DNA of 64,000 nucleotides, from NCBI RefSeq assembly GCF_006345805.1, contig NC_043002.1, positions 81,716,001 through 81,780,000 on the forward strand, given 5' to 3'. Positions 1-9,865 of the stretch are shown here, piece by piece (positions within the stretch are counted from its first letter, which is position 1; each line of letters opens with the position of its first letter). The DNA is from Octopus sinensis. Lineage: Eukaryota. The translations under genes were made by a program, and so were the position numbers. A model generated the notes under the pieces. That model was not told the origin of the DNA and searched no databases. It saw only the letters and a list, made by a program, of their open reading frames with translations.

Positions 1-232
1 ACTCAGGTAACTGGGATAACTCCGACATAAAACCTGCGGCTCAATGGTTACCGATGATGTTGACCTGTTCTTCTTTTCGGATTATGGCTGCCGTTGCTTA
101 GTGAGTGGGATTGACTCAGTGCACAGCCTTTCTTCACTTTAAAAAAATCTTCTTGCTCAGACATTGCACGATAACAACATTGATTAAACTTCGTGCAATG
201 GCCATACTCGATAACGAGGGGCAGCCACCATA

Positions 233-312
233 TATGTACGTATGTATGTATGTATGTATGTATGTATGTATGTATGTATGTATGTATGTATGTATGTATG
301 TATGTATGTATG
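233..312. repeat. (TATG)n microsatellite
   Basis: About 20 near-perfect TATG units read directly. Confidence 0.95.
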
Positions 313-436
313 CATAAGTAATAAGAGAAAAGAGAGAGAGACCGAAACGAACTCACAGTGTTGATGTTTACAATATCGATAGCTTGGATTTCGACGAAGT
401 TTTTCTCTTGCTTCTTACGCTGTGCGCATGTGTATA

Positions 437-1375
437 CAGTGATCCCTCCTTTATCGCGGTAGATCGGTTCCAAGACCGGCCGCGAAAACTGAATTTCCGC
501 GAAGTAGTGACACCATATTTACAGTATTTATTGAACGTGTATTTGGACTTTTAAAACCCTCTCTGTACTGTTAGCAACCCACACATTACAGTAATCTATT
601 AATAACAAGCACAACTGTTAAGCAATAACACTTTAGATTTTTTTTAAAATATTGTTGCTGTTCTCAGCATGAAAGAAGTTGAAGTAAAATTTGAATGATG
701 ATGGTGATGAATTCGCTGCGCAGTAGAAATGAAGATGATGAAGCTGACGGCGGTGCCCTTTCCTGGGACACCTCTTCCACTTCTTTCGAAGGTGCAACCG
801 TAGTAGGAGCAACAGGAATTGGCTCTTTTTTGCTAGGCTGCAAAAACATTGTGATAGGAAGTTGCTGCTGCTGCTGTTGCTGTTGCTGTTGAGCGAACGG
901 TCTTCGTCCCAGAGTTCGCAAGATGGGAGAAGTCCGAAACGTGGTCCTTTGCTATTCGTAAGACCCGCAGAAGAGAAAGCAGGTCAACCCCCGACACCGA
1001 GAGCATCGACGGATGTATGAATGTGGCGCATCCAGGCTCAGCGGTTGCGTTGGAAGTCGGGGACAAGAAACAGGAAGAAAGTGTGAGAGAAAGTTGGGGC
1101 GAAAGAGTACAACAGGGGTCGCCACCACCCACTGCCGGAGACTGCCGCTGCTCCTTTTTCCGTTCAAGGAGCATCTTGTAGGGATTCATGACTTCGTCGA
1201 CTTTGTTGCAAAATTGCACAGAACGAACCATAACATCGTCCCATTCCTAAGACCCCTCTTTCAATCCTTTAGCCAGGTTGCAGAGCTTGGCCAGCCGTTC
1301 CAAAGTCAAGCCAGTTTGGTCGGCAACTTCTGTTTCTTGCTGCGTTTCTTCTTCTTTGGATTTAATGAAAAATTT
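437..1375 (-). mobile_element. Tigger/pogo-family DNA transposon remnant (3' end and transposase C-terminus), interrupted by a retroposon insertion
   Basis: TA at 435-436 is followed by a Tigger-type terminus CAGTGATCCCTCCTTTATCGCGG. The minus strand translates to EEETQQETEVADQTGLTLERLAKLCNLAKGLKEGS*EWDDVMVRSVQFCNKVDEVMNPYKMLLERKKEQRQ...QLPITMFLQPSKKEP, resembling TIGD1/pogo transposase C-termini, with an in-frame stop. The other end is lost at a (TA)n tract. Confidence 0.8.
862..1141 (-). mobile_element. 5'-truncated SINE-like retroposon with (CAG/CAA)n tail inserted in the Tigger ORF
   Basis: It splits the transposase motif KKxQRQ|QLPITMF. It shares about 75 bp (CAAGAAACAGGAAGAAAG...GTCGCCACCACCC) with the SINE at 24011-24286. 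TSD-like flanks read GCAGCGGCAG / GCAGCAGCAA on the minus strand. Confidence 0.65.
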
Positions 1376-1381
1376 TAGGTG

Positions 1382-1424
<43 letters not shown>

Positions 1425-1631
1425 TATAGCAGAATCGTTAGCACCTCGGACAAAACAGAATTTAATCTGAAAATTTAATATTTTAATGCATCGCTATGCG
1501 CGTTTCCACAAATCACATGTTTCTTAAGATCATAGTCCGTGTTCTTAGCATAATGGAATAGGAGCTCTTATATGCATATTTAAAACGTTTCCCGTAAACG
1601 AACTTAAAGGATATATATATATATAATATAT

Positions 1632-1895
1632 ATGTGGCGCATTGTATCCTTGAGCAAGAAATTTCATTTCACGTTGCTGCAATCCACTCAGCCGGCAAAA
1701 ATGAACTGCAACTGTAATTCAAAGGGTCAGCTATGTCTCATTCTGTGTCACGCCGAATCTCCCCGAGAACTACGTTACTGGTACACGTGTCTGTTGAGTG
1801 CTCAGCCACTCGCACGTTAAATTTCACAAGCAAGCTGTTCCGTTGATCTGATCAAATGGAACACTCATCGTCGTAACCGACGGAGTGCCAGTGAT
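1632..1895 (+). mobile_element. SINE (family D; CORE/V-like CCTTGAGCAAGA...TTTCACGTTGC domain), 5'-truncated
   Basis: Homologous to the copies at 33065-33385, 36545-36790 and about 57060-57250. Confidence 0.6.
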
Positions 1896-1911
1896 ATATA
1901 TATATATTTAA

Positions 1912-2200
1912 TGGATGTATGATAGCTTTTAATGTCGACTTGTAAGAAAGAAGTTTTCAATTTATTTTGAAACATAACCAATCATTGTATCACCTCCCAC
2001 GAATTGATAGTTTTATACAATTTTTCACTTTCGGGACTTTTGCTTTTACCTAGTTTCCACTTATAAACTAGTATCAGATTTGGACTAATGAGTCTAACAG
2101 CTGGGTTTTCCAGAAAATCTTGCTTATGATCAATAATGTCAAAATGGGGGATCTTCAGCTCAAAAGGGCTTCATCCTTTCCGCTTTATTAACTAATTTAT
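1912..2200 (-). pseudogene. Penelope-like element reverse transcriptase relic
   Basis: The minus strand gives IIDHKQDFLENPAVRLISP and, after frameshifts, NSWEVIQ*...NKLKTSFLQVDIKSYHTSI. These match the PLE RT motifs KDHKENF-NNP-CRLINP and SFIQFDI-EFYPSI. Confidence 0.65.
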
Positions 2201-2381
2201 AACACTTTTCATTTAAATTGTTTAGAACATTTTTCGTTTTTAGAATTCCTTTTTTTTCTTTCGTGATAAATTCATTATATGCTTGCTTTTTAATTCTGTT
2301 TAAATTGCCACTTTTATCTAAAAGTATGGGGTCCAAGATCGGAGCAATAATATATAAATATGACCGACGTGGTATCTACCA

Positions 2382-2407
2382 CTGAAGAGGCGAAATTACG
2401 CCAAAAA
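2382..2407 (+). other. Partial hammerhead-like motif (CUGAAGA plus stem II GGCG/CGCC; G12 lost)
   Basis: CTGAAGA GGCG AAATTA CGCC AAAAA, next to the PLE RT relic. Stems I and III are not satisfied. Confidence 0.25.
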
Positions 2408-2556
2408 TTCCGTGTCTGCACGTCCACTAACGTCGTTTCAAGCTTGGTCTGCTTTTACACGCTAAGTCTATAGGGAAAAAATTGTTCTTCCTGACAAAAT
2501 CCTGCAGCAAATTCCAGCGTTCAGGAACGTATTAAAAGTAAATGTACACACGCACA

Positions 2557-2557
<1 letters not shown>

Positions 2558-2615
<58 letters not shown>
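2558..2615. repeat. (CA)n microsatellite
   Basis: Direct reading. Confidence 0.95.
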
Positions 2616-2617
<2 letters not shown>

Positions 2618-2980
2618 CCCTAATTATGGCTACTGAAATTACTACAGCTGGATGGATGAAGTACCTGTTGTCGTAGTTGCTGCCATTTAAATGGTCAAGA
2701 AGACCTGGTCAACAATTCTCGTACTTGTAAGTGAAAGTGGAATAATTATCTCAGATGTTATAAGTATTTCAGATAGAATATGCCAAAATGACAGTTTCTG
2801 TTTCTCTGCTTCTTTTTATAATGGCTCTGAATCTACCGCCAAATTCTTTAGCGAAATTTCAAGAAACATTAACGCAACATAGAATCGTTGGATTTAATCA
2901 CACAATTTCAACTAATAAAATTTCACCCAAGAGATGAAAACTGTTTCGAAACTTGCAACTATTTAAACCTGGTTGTGAAT

Positions 2981-3396
2981 AGGCGCAGGAGTGGATGTGT
3001 GGTAAGTAGCTTGCTTACCAACCACATGCTTCCAGGTTCAATCCCACTGCATGGCACCTTGGGCAAGTGTCTTCTACTATAGCCTCGGGCCGACCAAAGC
3101 CTTGTGAGTGGATTTGGTAGACGGAAACTGAAAGAAGCCCGTCGTATATATGTATCTGTATATATATGTATATGTGTGTGTGTTTGTGTGTCTGTGTTTG
3201 TCCCTCCAACATCGCTTGACAACCGATGCTGGTGTGTTTACGTCCCCGTAACTTAGCGGTTCGGCAAAAGAGACCAATAGAATAAGTACTAGGCTTCCAA
3301 AGAATAAGTCCTGGGGTCGATTTGCTCGACTAAAGGCGGTGCTCCAGCATGGCCGCAGTAAAATGACTGAAACAAGTAAAAAGAGTAAAAAAAGAG
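2981..3396 (+). mobile_element. tRNA-derived SINE family A, full length
   Basis: A-box-like TGG(A/C)TGTGTGG, B-box-like GGTTCAATCCC, CCTTGGGCAAGTG motif, internal (TA)n(TG)n and a GTAAAAGA-type tail. Roughly 20 copies or fragments occur in the window. Confidence 0.85.
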
Positions 3397-3611
3397 AGAT
3401 ATTTGTACCAGTGCTTATTGGGGCCATTCGTTACGTCAGTAAATGTCTAAGTGGCAATATGGAAAAGCTAATATTTTTCGGCCTGCAGGGAAATCAACTA
3501 ATACAATCCGTAAGTGGAACATTCTAAATATGGAAGATTTTTCAAAAGTCTTGTATATTATTATAATCAAACATGTAACATCTATCGTTGTTGTTATCCA
3601 AGTTTCTTTTT

Positions 3612-4021
3612 GGATCTTTTCGGTTTGAACGGCAGTTTTTAACATAATTTCCACATAACTAAACACTTTTAAACTTCGTATACTGGTAGAATCTGTTTAT
3701 AAAACATTTTTTTCTCTTGGCTTTATTGAGAAAATTCTATAGTTTGTAAGATATTTGTTGTTTTTTTCTTCAATTTCTGCAATTTCAACCAATCAATGAC
3801 GTCTATTGAGGTAAAAAAACATTCTGTGCCGTATGAATATGTCCCTCGTTTAAGAAACAAATTGGGTTTATTTACATTTGTGAGGAAAAAAAGATACCCT
3901 TCCCCCACCCCTAACCCTAAAACAGATTGAAATGCAATACATCGATACTAGGGTCATAATTATGGGTGACAATTTCATATGACACCGCTAGAAAAAATTG
4001 CCGTTCAAACCGAAAAGATCC
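3612..4021. mobile_element. MITE with 29-bp TIRs and 8-bp TSD (Merlin-like)
   Basis: TIR GGATCTTTTCGGTTTGAACGGCAGTTTTT at 3612-3640 and its inverse at 3993-4021. TSD TTCTTTTT at 3604-3611 and 4022-4029. GG termini with an 8-9 bp TSD fit Merlin; MULE is not excluded. Confidence 0.8.
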
Positions 4022-4520
4022 TTCTTTTTGCTTTTTTTTTTTCTCAACTAGAAACCACTCCTTTGCTTCTAAGAAAATTCTAATAAATAAGAAGTAAAAA
4101 CGTGTCTATGCAACAGCAGGAAAAGTATAAACAGACATGCACACCCATAAAGACAAATATATTTATTGATTTTATTTCTTTTATTGCTTGTTGATATTTA
4201 TACGATCAGTAAGTCACCCACCACATCTGAAACTGTGTTTGTCTATTTTAATAATATTTATTTGTCTGTCTATTTGTTTATGCTCGTCTACTTGTCTTCG
4301 CGTTTATAAGTCGGTCTGCATGTTTATTTTTTCGTCTGGCTAACATTCTACTTGTGTTTATATCGATGCCAACCTATCTTTGTATTATTGTATATAGGTG
4401 CATATATTGATGTGCGCATGCAGGTAAAGAGCCATGTGTGTGTGCGTGTGCGTGCGAGAGCGCGTGCATGAATGTCTACGTGTGTTGTATGTATGTGTTT
4501 ATATATATATATATATATAT

Positions 4521-4970
4521 AAGTAAATATATGGTACAACGAAGTACCGATATTTACTGGAAAATAGCGAACGTAATAAATACGACGCTAATGTATAGCT
4601 TCACCGCGTATGTACTAGCAAAAATGCGTGTGTGCAACAAACTTGAAAAAAATTGTCTTACCTTCAGTCGAGTGTATTGGCATTGATGCGGCAACATTGA
4701 AATGTTGGTCGAGTATATGTTGTGCTGATGAAGATAAATCAAGTATATGTGTGCAGACATTCTTAAAATCTGAACCGTACCACATTATCCTTTTCTAGGT
4801 ATTTCATCTTTCAGATGTTCTCCCTGGAGGTAAGAAAATTTTTTTTCAAGTTTGTTGCACACACGCATTTTTGCTAGTACATACGCGGTGAAGCCATACA
4901 TTAGCGTCGTATTTATTACGTTCGCTATTTTCCAGTATATTCGGTACTTCGTTGTACCATATATTTACTT
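4521..4970. mobile_element. Foldback element / long-TIR MITE (147-bp arms, 156-bp spacer)
   Basis: 4521-4667 is the near-perfect reverse complement of 4824-4970, with about 5-6 differences by eye. No clear TSD. Confidence 0.85.
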
Positions 4971-5058
4971 CTATGTATAATTTCCCTTCCCTCACGGGCT
5001 ATTCTTTACTGGAAAGCAATACTCTCGTATTGCATTACTATTTATATATATATATATT

Positions 5059-5089
<31 letters not shown>

Positions 5090-5097
5090 ATATATAT

Positions 5098-5138
<41 letters not shown>

Positions 5139-5569
5139 CATCACTCTTACACCATTCAATCTACTCGCCATTAATACCACCACGACACTGGACACACCAC
5201 ACACACTACTACTCAACACACGCTGGCACGCTACATACGCGCCCCCACCCCTTCCCCTCCCTCCTTCCTCCTCCTTCTTTTTCTTACTATGGACCTCCCT
5301 TCCTCCTTCTTCCTTTTTTTTCTTACTACTGACCTGTCTGCTAGCTGACCACTATTCTCGCCCTACCTCACACGCCTACACACAGACCACACACTAACAC
5401 ACATTTTTGTTTTTTTTCATCTCGCCTCACACACACACCACATACACACACGCACACGCACAACTCACACATACACACACATCTGTGGGTTACCACCTTG
5501 TCTCCACCTTTTTGGCTTTAAAACCCACTTTGCTCTTGTTATCTCCACCTCCGCCTTTCACCATGTGCA

Positions 5570-5775
5570 ACTCGTAAACACCAGTCGTCTTTTTTCTCTT
5601 TCCTGTTGCCCGCTCTGGGATCTTTCTTTCCTCTCTCTTCCTTCTTTATGTTTTCCGACGAAGAGCTCTCGCTCGAACGTCATACCTCCCTGCTTCCATC
5701 TCCTGACGCCTATTAATAATAATACTGTAATTGTTCCTGTTGTTGTTGTTTTTTTGTTTCCCTTTTGGATTAAAA
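5570..5775 (+). mobile_element. Penelope-like terminal (pLTR-like) repeat with minimal hammerhead-like motif
   Basis: CCGACGAAGAGCTCTCGCTCGAACGTC at 5655-5681. Homologous to 7035-7130 (+, 3' part) and 57330-57512 (-). Confidence 0.55.
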
Positions 5776-5784
5776 ATATATATC

Positions 5785-5815
<31 letters not shown>

Positions 5816-5820
5816 TATAT

Positions 5821-6050
5821 AAGGCGAGCTGGAAGAAACGTTAGCGCCCCCGGCGAAATGCTTAGCGGTATTCGCTGACGTTACGTTCTGAGTTCAAATT
5901 CGGGCCGAGGTAGACTTTGCCTTTCATCCTTTCGGGGTCGATAAATAAAGTACCATTTTTCGCACTGGGGTCGATGTAATCGACTAATCCATTTGTCTGT
6001 CCTTGTTTGTCCCCTCTATATTTAACCCCTTGTGGGTGGTAAAGAAATAG
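5821..6050 (+). mobile_element. tRNA-derived SINE family B (tail type B1)
   Basis: GGCGAGCTGG head, B-box GAGTTCAAATT and tail GTCCCCTCT...CCCCTTGTGGG...AAAGAAATA. Many copies in the window. Confidence 0.85.
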
Positions 6051-6053
6051 ATC

Positions 6054-6100
<47 letters not shown>

Positions 6101-6405
6101 TATTATATTATATACTAGTAATGCGGTACAGAGTGACAACGAAGGAACACAGAAAATCCGGAAGAGCACAATGGACCAGACATGCTCGATGTTCATTACT
6201 TATCGACCAAATGTCATCACAATTTAGACACCTTCCGATAATATTGCTCAGTCTGGCAGAGTAAGCACATGCGTTTCTGGGGTTATGTGAGCGGACATAA
6301 CAGAAAGCAGGAACATAAAAGAATAAGACCTGTACAATGAAAAGAAAAGATGAGATCTCTAGACAGAAAAACAGAAAGGTAGTAAGGGCAAGTTATGAGG
6401 AGAAC

Positions 6406-6453
<48 letters not shown>

Positions 6454-6475
6454 ATATATATATATATATACACTG

Positions 6476-6872
6476 TTATTCTTTTACTCGTTTCACATCA
6501 TTTGACTGCGGCCATGCTGCAGCACTGCCTAAATCGAGCAAAACGACCCAGGCTTATTCTTTGGAAGCATAGTACTTATTCTATCGGTCTCTTTTGCCGA
6601 ACTAATAAGTTACGGGGACTAAACACACCACCATCGGTTGTCAAGCGATGTGGGAGGAACACAGCAAACATATACACACACACACACACACCACATTATA
6701 TAATATATCACGACGGCTTCTTTCTTTTCAGTTTCCGTCTACCAAATCCCTCACAAGGCTTCAGTCGGCCCGAGGCTATAGTGGAAGACACTTGCCCAAA
6801 GTGCCACGCAGTGGGAATGAACCAGGAACCATGTGGTTGGTAAGCAAGCTACTTACCACACAGCCACTCCTG
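6476..6872 (-). mobile_element. SINE family A, full length
   Basis: Reverse complement of the 2981-3396 element. Confidence 0.85.
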
Positions 6873-7258
6873 ATATATATAACGAAAGAAACAAATAAGC
6901 AATAGCAGTAACAGAAAAAATAATAAATAACTTTCGACTAAGCGGCAAAAATATGACGTGTTGTGAGAGGAAACCCTAATAGGAAAGATGGTGGCCCATT
7001 CGGATTTAGAAATATATATATATATATATATATATCTCCTTCTTCCCTTCTTTCCTGAGCGTCCAATATACTTTATTTGTCCACATCCTCGCGTTGTTGT
7101 CTTTTTTGTTTTCTTGTTTGGATTAACTTTATATATATTATATATATATAATAAATATAGTATATATAATATAAACAGAATTGCAGCGTGGAAGGTGTTT
7201 ATAAGTCATTTAAGAAACACACAAAAACCGTTAAATTCACTTCAACATTTAAATTTAA

Positions 7259-7309
7259 TTTGCCAAAATATTTTCGTCGCTTTGAGACCGCGACTCGTTC
7301 ACTGACAAA
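7259..7309 (-). ncRNA. Candidate type I minimal hammerhead ribozyme with variant core (GUGAACGA)
   Basis: The minus strand reads TTTGTCA GTGAACGA GTCGC ggtctcaaa GCGAC GAAA ATAT T T TGGCAAA. This gives a 7-bp stem I (one G-U), a 5-bp stem II, GAAA and a palindromic helix III AATATT. Confidence 0.45.
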
Positions 7310-7577
7310 ATTCCGTGCTGCAGACACACACATACACTTAGAGCACACATAAGTGAACCACCGTTAAAGCGAATATCGATATAGTGAAATGCGAGATTTG
7401 TTTCAATATGCAGCCGTAATGCAGGCTGAAACAACGGTACAGGAGTTTCGTTATCAACAAATTCGCAATAACGAATATTTCAGGACAATGAAAGAAAGCT
7501 GTATTCCAGCAACCAAATTTTCTCGCTACAACGTAAAAATTAACAACCAATAAACTTCAAAATTTCATCATTTAGAC

Positions 7578-7818
7578 CAGTGCTTTTCAAACATTTTGCT
7601 GGAGCGGAACCCCAAGGAAACATTCCACTGGCTCGAGGAACCCCTGTGCAATAATTTAATAGTCTTATGCACACATATCTGCACAGGAGAATTAAAAATT
7701 ACTGCCGATTTTAGCAGTTGTCTAACTTCTTGCGGAACCCCTGGACTGTGCTGGCGGAACCCCTGGACTTTGCTGGCAGAACCCTAAGGTTCCGCGGAAC
7801 CCTGGTTGAAAACCACTG
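7578..7818. mobile_element. hAT (Charlie-type) MITE
   Basis: CAGTG...TTTCAA / TTGAAAACCACTG termini with a perfect 8-bp TSD ATTTAGAC (7570-7577, 7819-7826). Internal GGAACCCC repeats. Confidence 0.9.
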
Positions 7819-7858
7819 ATTTAGACAGCATCCTGTAAAGTCAGATACACTAACGATA

Positions 7859-8364
7859 TCTATATATATAAAACTCTAGTTGTGTGAGTGTCTGTCCCCT
7901 TCGATTTAGATTCCTAACTCCTCCCACATTTTGCGGTGCAGTTTAACCAAATTCGGGTATCTTATAGTCGTGATTCATATCGAGCCCGTCTGGCTATTAG
8001 CGCGCGTCAACGATGAGTCTACGATTTTAAAATAATTTAACATCATTTTTTATTCCATTTAATGCATTAATTTTCGTGTGTCGATGCGGCGGAGTTGGCG
8101 TCCACGCTCACAGCTGCACCTGTTTGCTTCTCTCCCTTCCTCCCCCGTGAAGCTGTGGGGAAGGGAGTGTAAAGAAATCAACGTCGTAATGCGTTGTCAA
8201 GGAGACCAGCGTTCTTTTAGAACAACGACTTCATGGCTTGAAGACACCAAAACAGAAATGGCTAAGAAAGCCCGAATTAGCATCTATAAGGGAAGTAACT
8301 CTCTAAAAATGCTTATATAGTTATTTCCCTTACAAACCCGAGCAACGCCGGGCGATACTGCTAG
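7859..8364 (+). mobile_element. Non-autonomous Helitron
   Basis: A|TCTATATATATAAAA start, 3' GC hairpin CCCGAGCAACGCCGGG (8337-8352) and CTAG|T end. Confidence 0.85.
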
Positions 8365-8639
8365 TACAATATAAAGTGGAGCACGGTTAGTACGACAGCT
8401 AGATGACATTGCCTTAACAGTGAGTGAGACGCTGTATTAAGATGCAGCTGTGTCAACGAGAATACTAAATACTAAGTTAGTGTTGCATTGTCATTTATTG
8501 TTATCCTTTATTTCGTGATCCGAATCAGAAATTTCGCAAACGAAAACAAAAGAGACTCAATTACTTTGTTCTTTGTGCATGCGCCAAAAATATGCAAGCT
8601 TCAAAGTCAGATCAATAAGGTTTTAGAATTTATTTTTCT

Positions 8640-8713
8640 ATTAGCCGATCAATGCCTTGGGAGTGAATTTGGCTGATGGAAAACTGTGTGGAAGACCATA
8701 TATGTGCGTGCGA

Positions 8714-8749
<36 letters not shown>

Positions 8750-8997
8750 GTGTGTGTGTATACGTGCGTGCAAGCGCGCTCGTGTCTGTCTGTATTTGTC
8801 ATACACACACACATACTGTTGAACAATCGGTGTGGATTTGTGTATATCCCCGTAAATTAGCGGTTCGTTAAAAGAGACTGATAAAATAAGTACCAGACTT
8901 AAAAGGAAAATAAATACTTGGGTAGATTTGTTCTAAAATTCCTCAGTCAGTGCTCCGGCATAGCCGCAGTCCAAAGCCTGAGACATGTAAACGAAAA
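8640..8997 (+). mobile_element. SINE family A, diverged and 5'-truncated
   Basis: Body and tail motifs (CCCCGTAAATTAGCGGTTCG, GCTCCGGCATAGCCGCAG). Confidence 0.65.
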
Positions 8998-9865
8998 ATG
9001 ATGATATAAGTATGAATGAGATCTTTCCAATCGGGAATCGCATCTCTTTTATGTAATTACAAAGTTTTTCTTCACCTATTCCAGCCATGACCATCCCGTC
9101 TATTACATGGATCCAGAGATTTTTCATATCGGTAAGAACGAAAGCGTTCCAACTGTGACCTCCCGTTTCTTTTTATGTAATTCAGATAGAGACGATACAA
9201 GCCAAAATTTATAAGTGAATAATACGAATCATAATTAACGAGCGAACAATGCAATTCGAAATTAATAAAATTTATTACAATTTATGATAAAACAATTTAA
9301 TACGTATTATTGAAATACAATACTATTCAAAATATGAATACAATTTACAAAGAATCACAATAGAACAGTACCATTCGAAATAGTTGAGCGACGTACAAAG
9401 GAACATTCCATTGTTTCTGTTATTTGATCAGATGGGGGAAAAAATGACACATTAAAACAGTAGTTCTCAGCCGTTTGTAGTTGAGTGCCCTCTTTCAAGG
9501 AAGGACATTTTACAAACCACATTTTCAAAGAATGAATGATTAAATAAATAAATAAATAGAAGAGATTATTTTAATCAAACAGTAGTTACTTCTGCATTGT
9601 GGTTTATTATCCATGATTTCTTATATTACTCTAACCAGCATCTGCTATTTTCTGTATTATATATATATATACATATATATATGTTAATGCTTCTGTATTT
9701 CATGTTTCTGTCATTCCATTATTGTTTTTTTGTTTTTTTTTATATCTGTCCCTTTGCTGTCCTGGTGTTCGTATGCATTCGATCCTTCTTCCAGGAAATC
9801 TACGCTTCCAGCTTAGTTTTTCTGGAGGGCTGGCCGTGATCTAGTAATCTCAAGATTAATCAGCC

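Noticed and set aside
664-921. ORF as the last exon of a genuine GPI-anchored or poly-Q host gene
   Set aside because: It is fully explained by the Tigger C-terminus plus the retroposon tail. Kept only as an exonisation candidate.
910-945. Hammerhead-like GCAAGATG-GGA-GAAG-TCC-GAAACGTG on the plus strand
   Set aside because: It lacks CUGA, and the triplet is GUG (not NUH). Too degenerate.
2981-3060. tRNA gene (and similar A/B-box heads elsewhere)
   Set aside because: No cloverleaf or acceptor stem. These are SINE heads continuing into SINE bodies.
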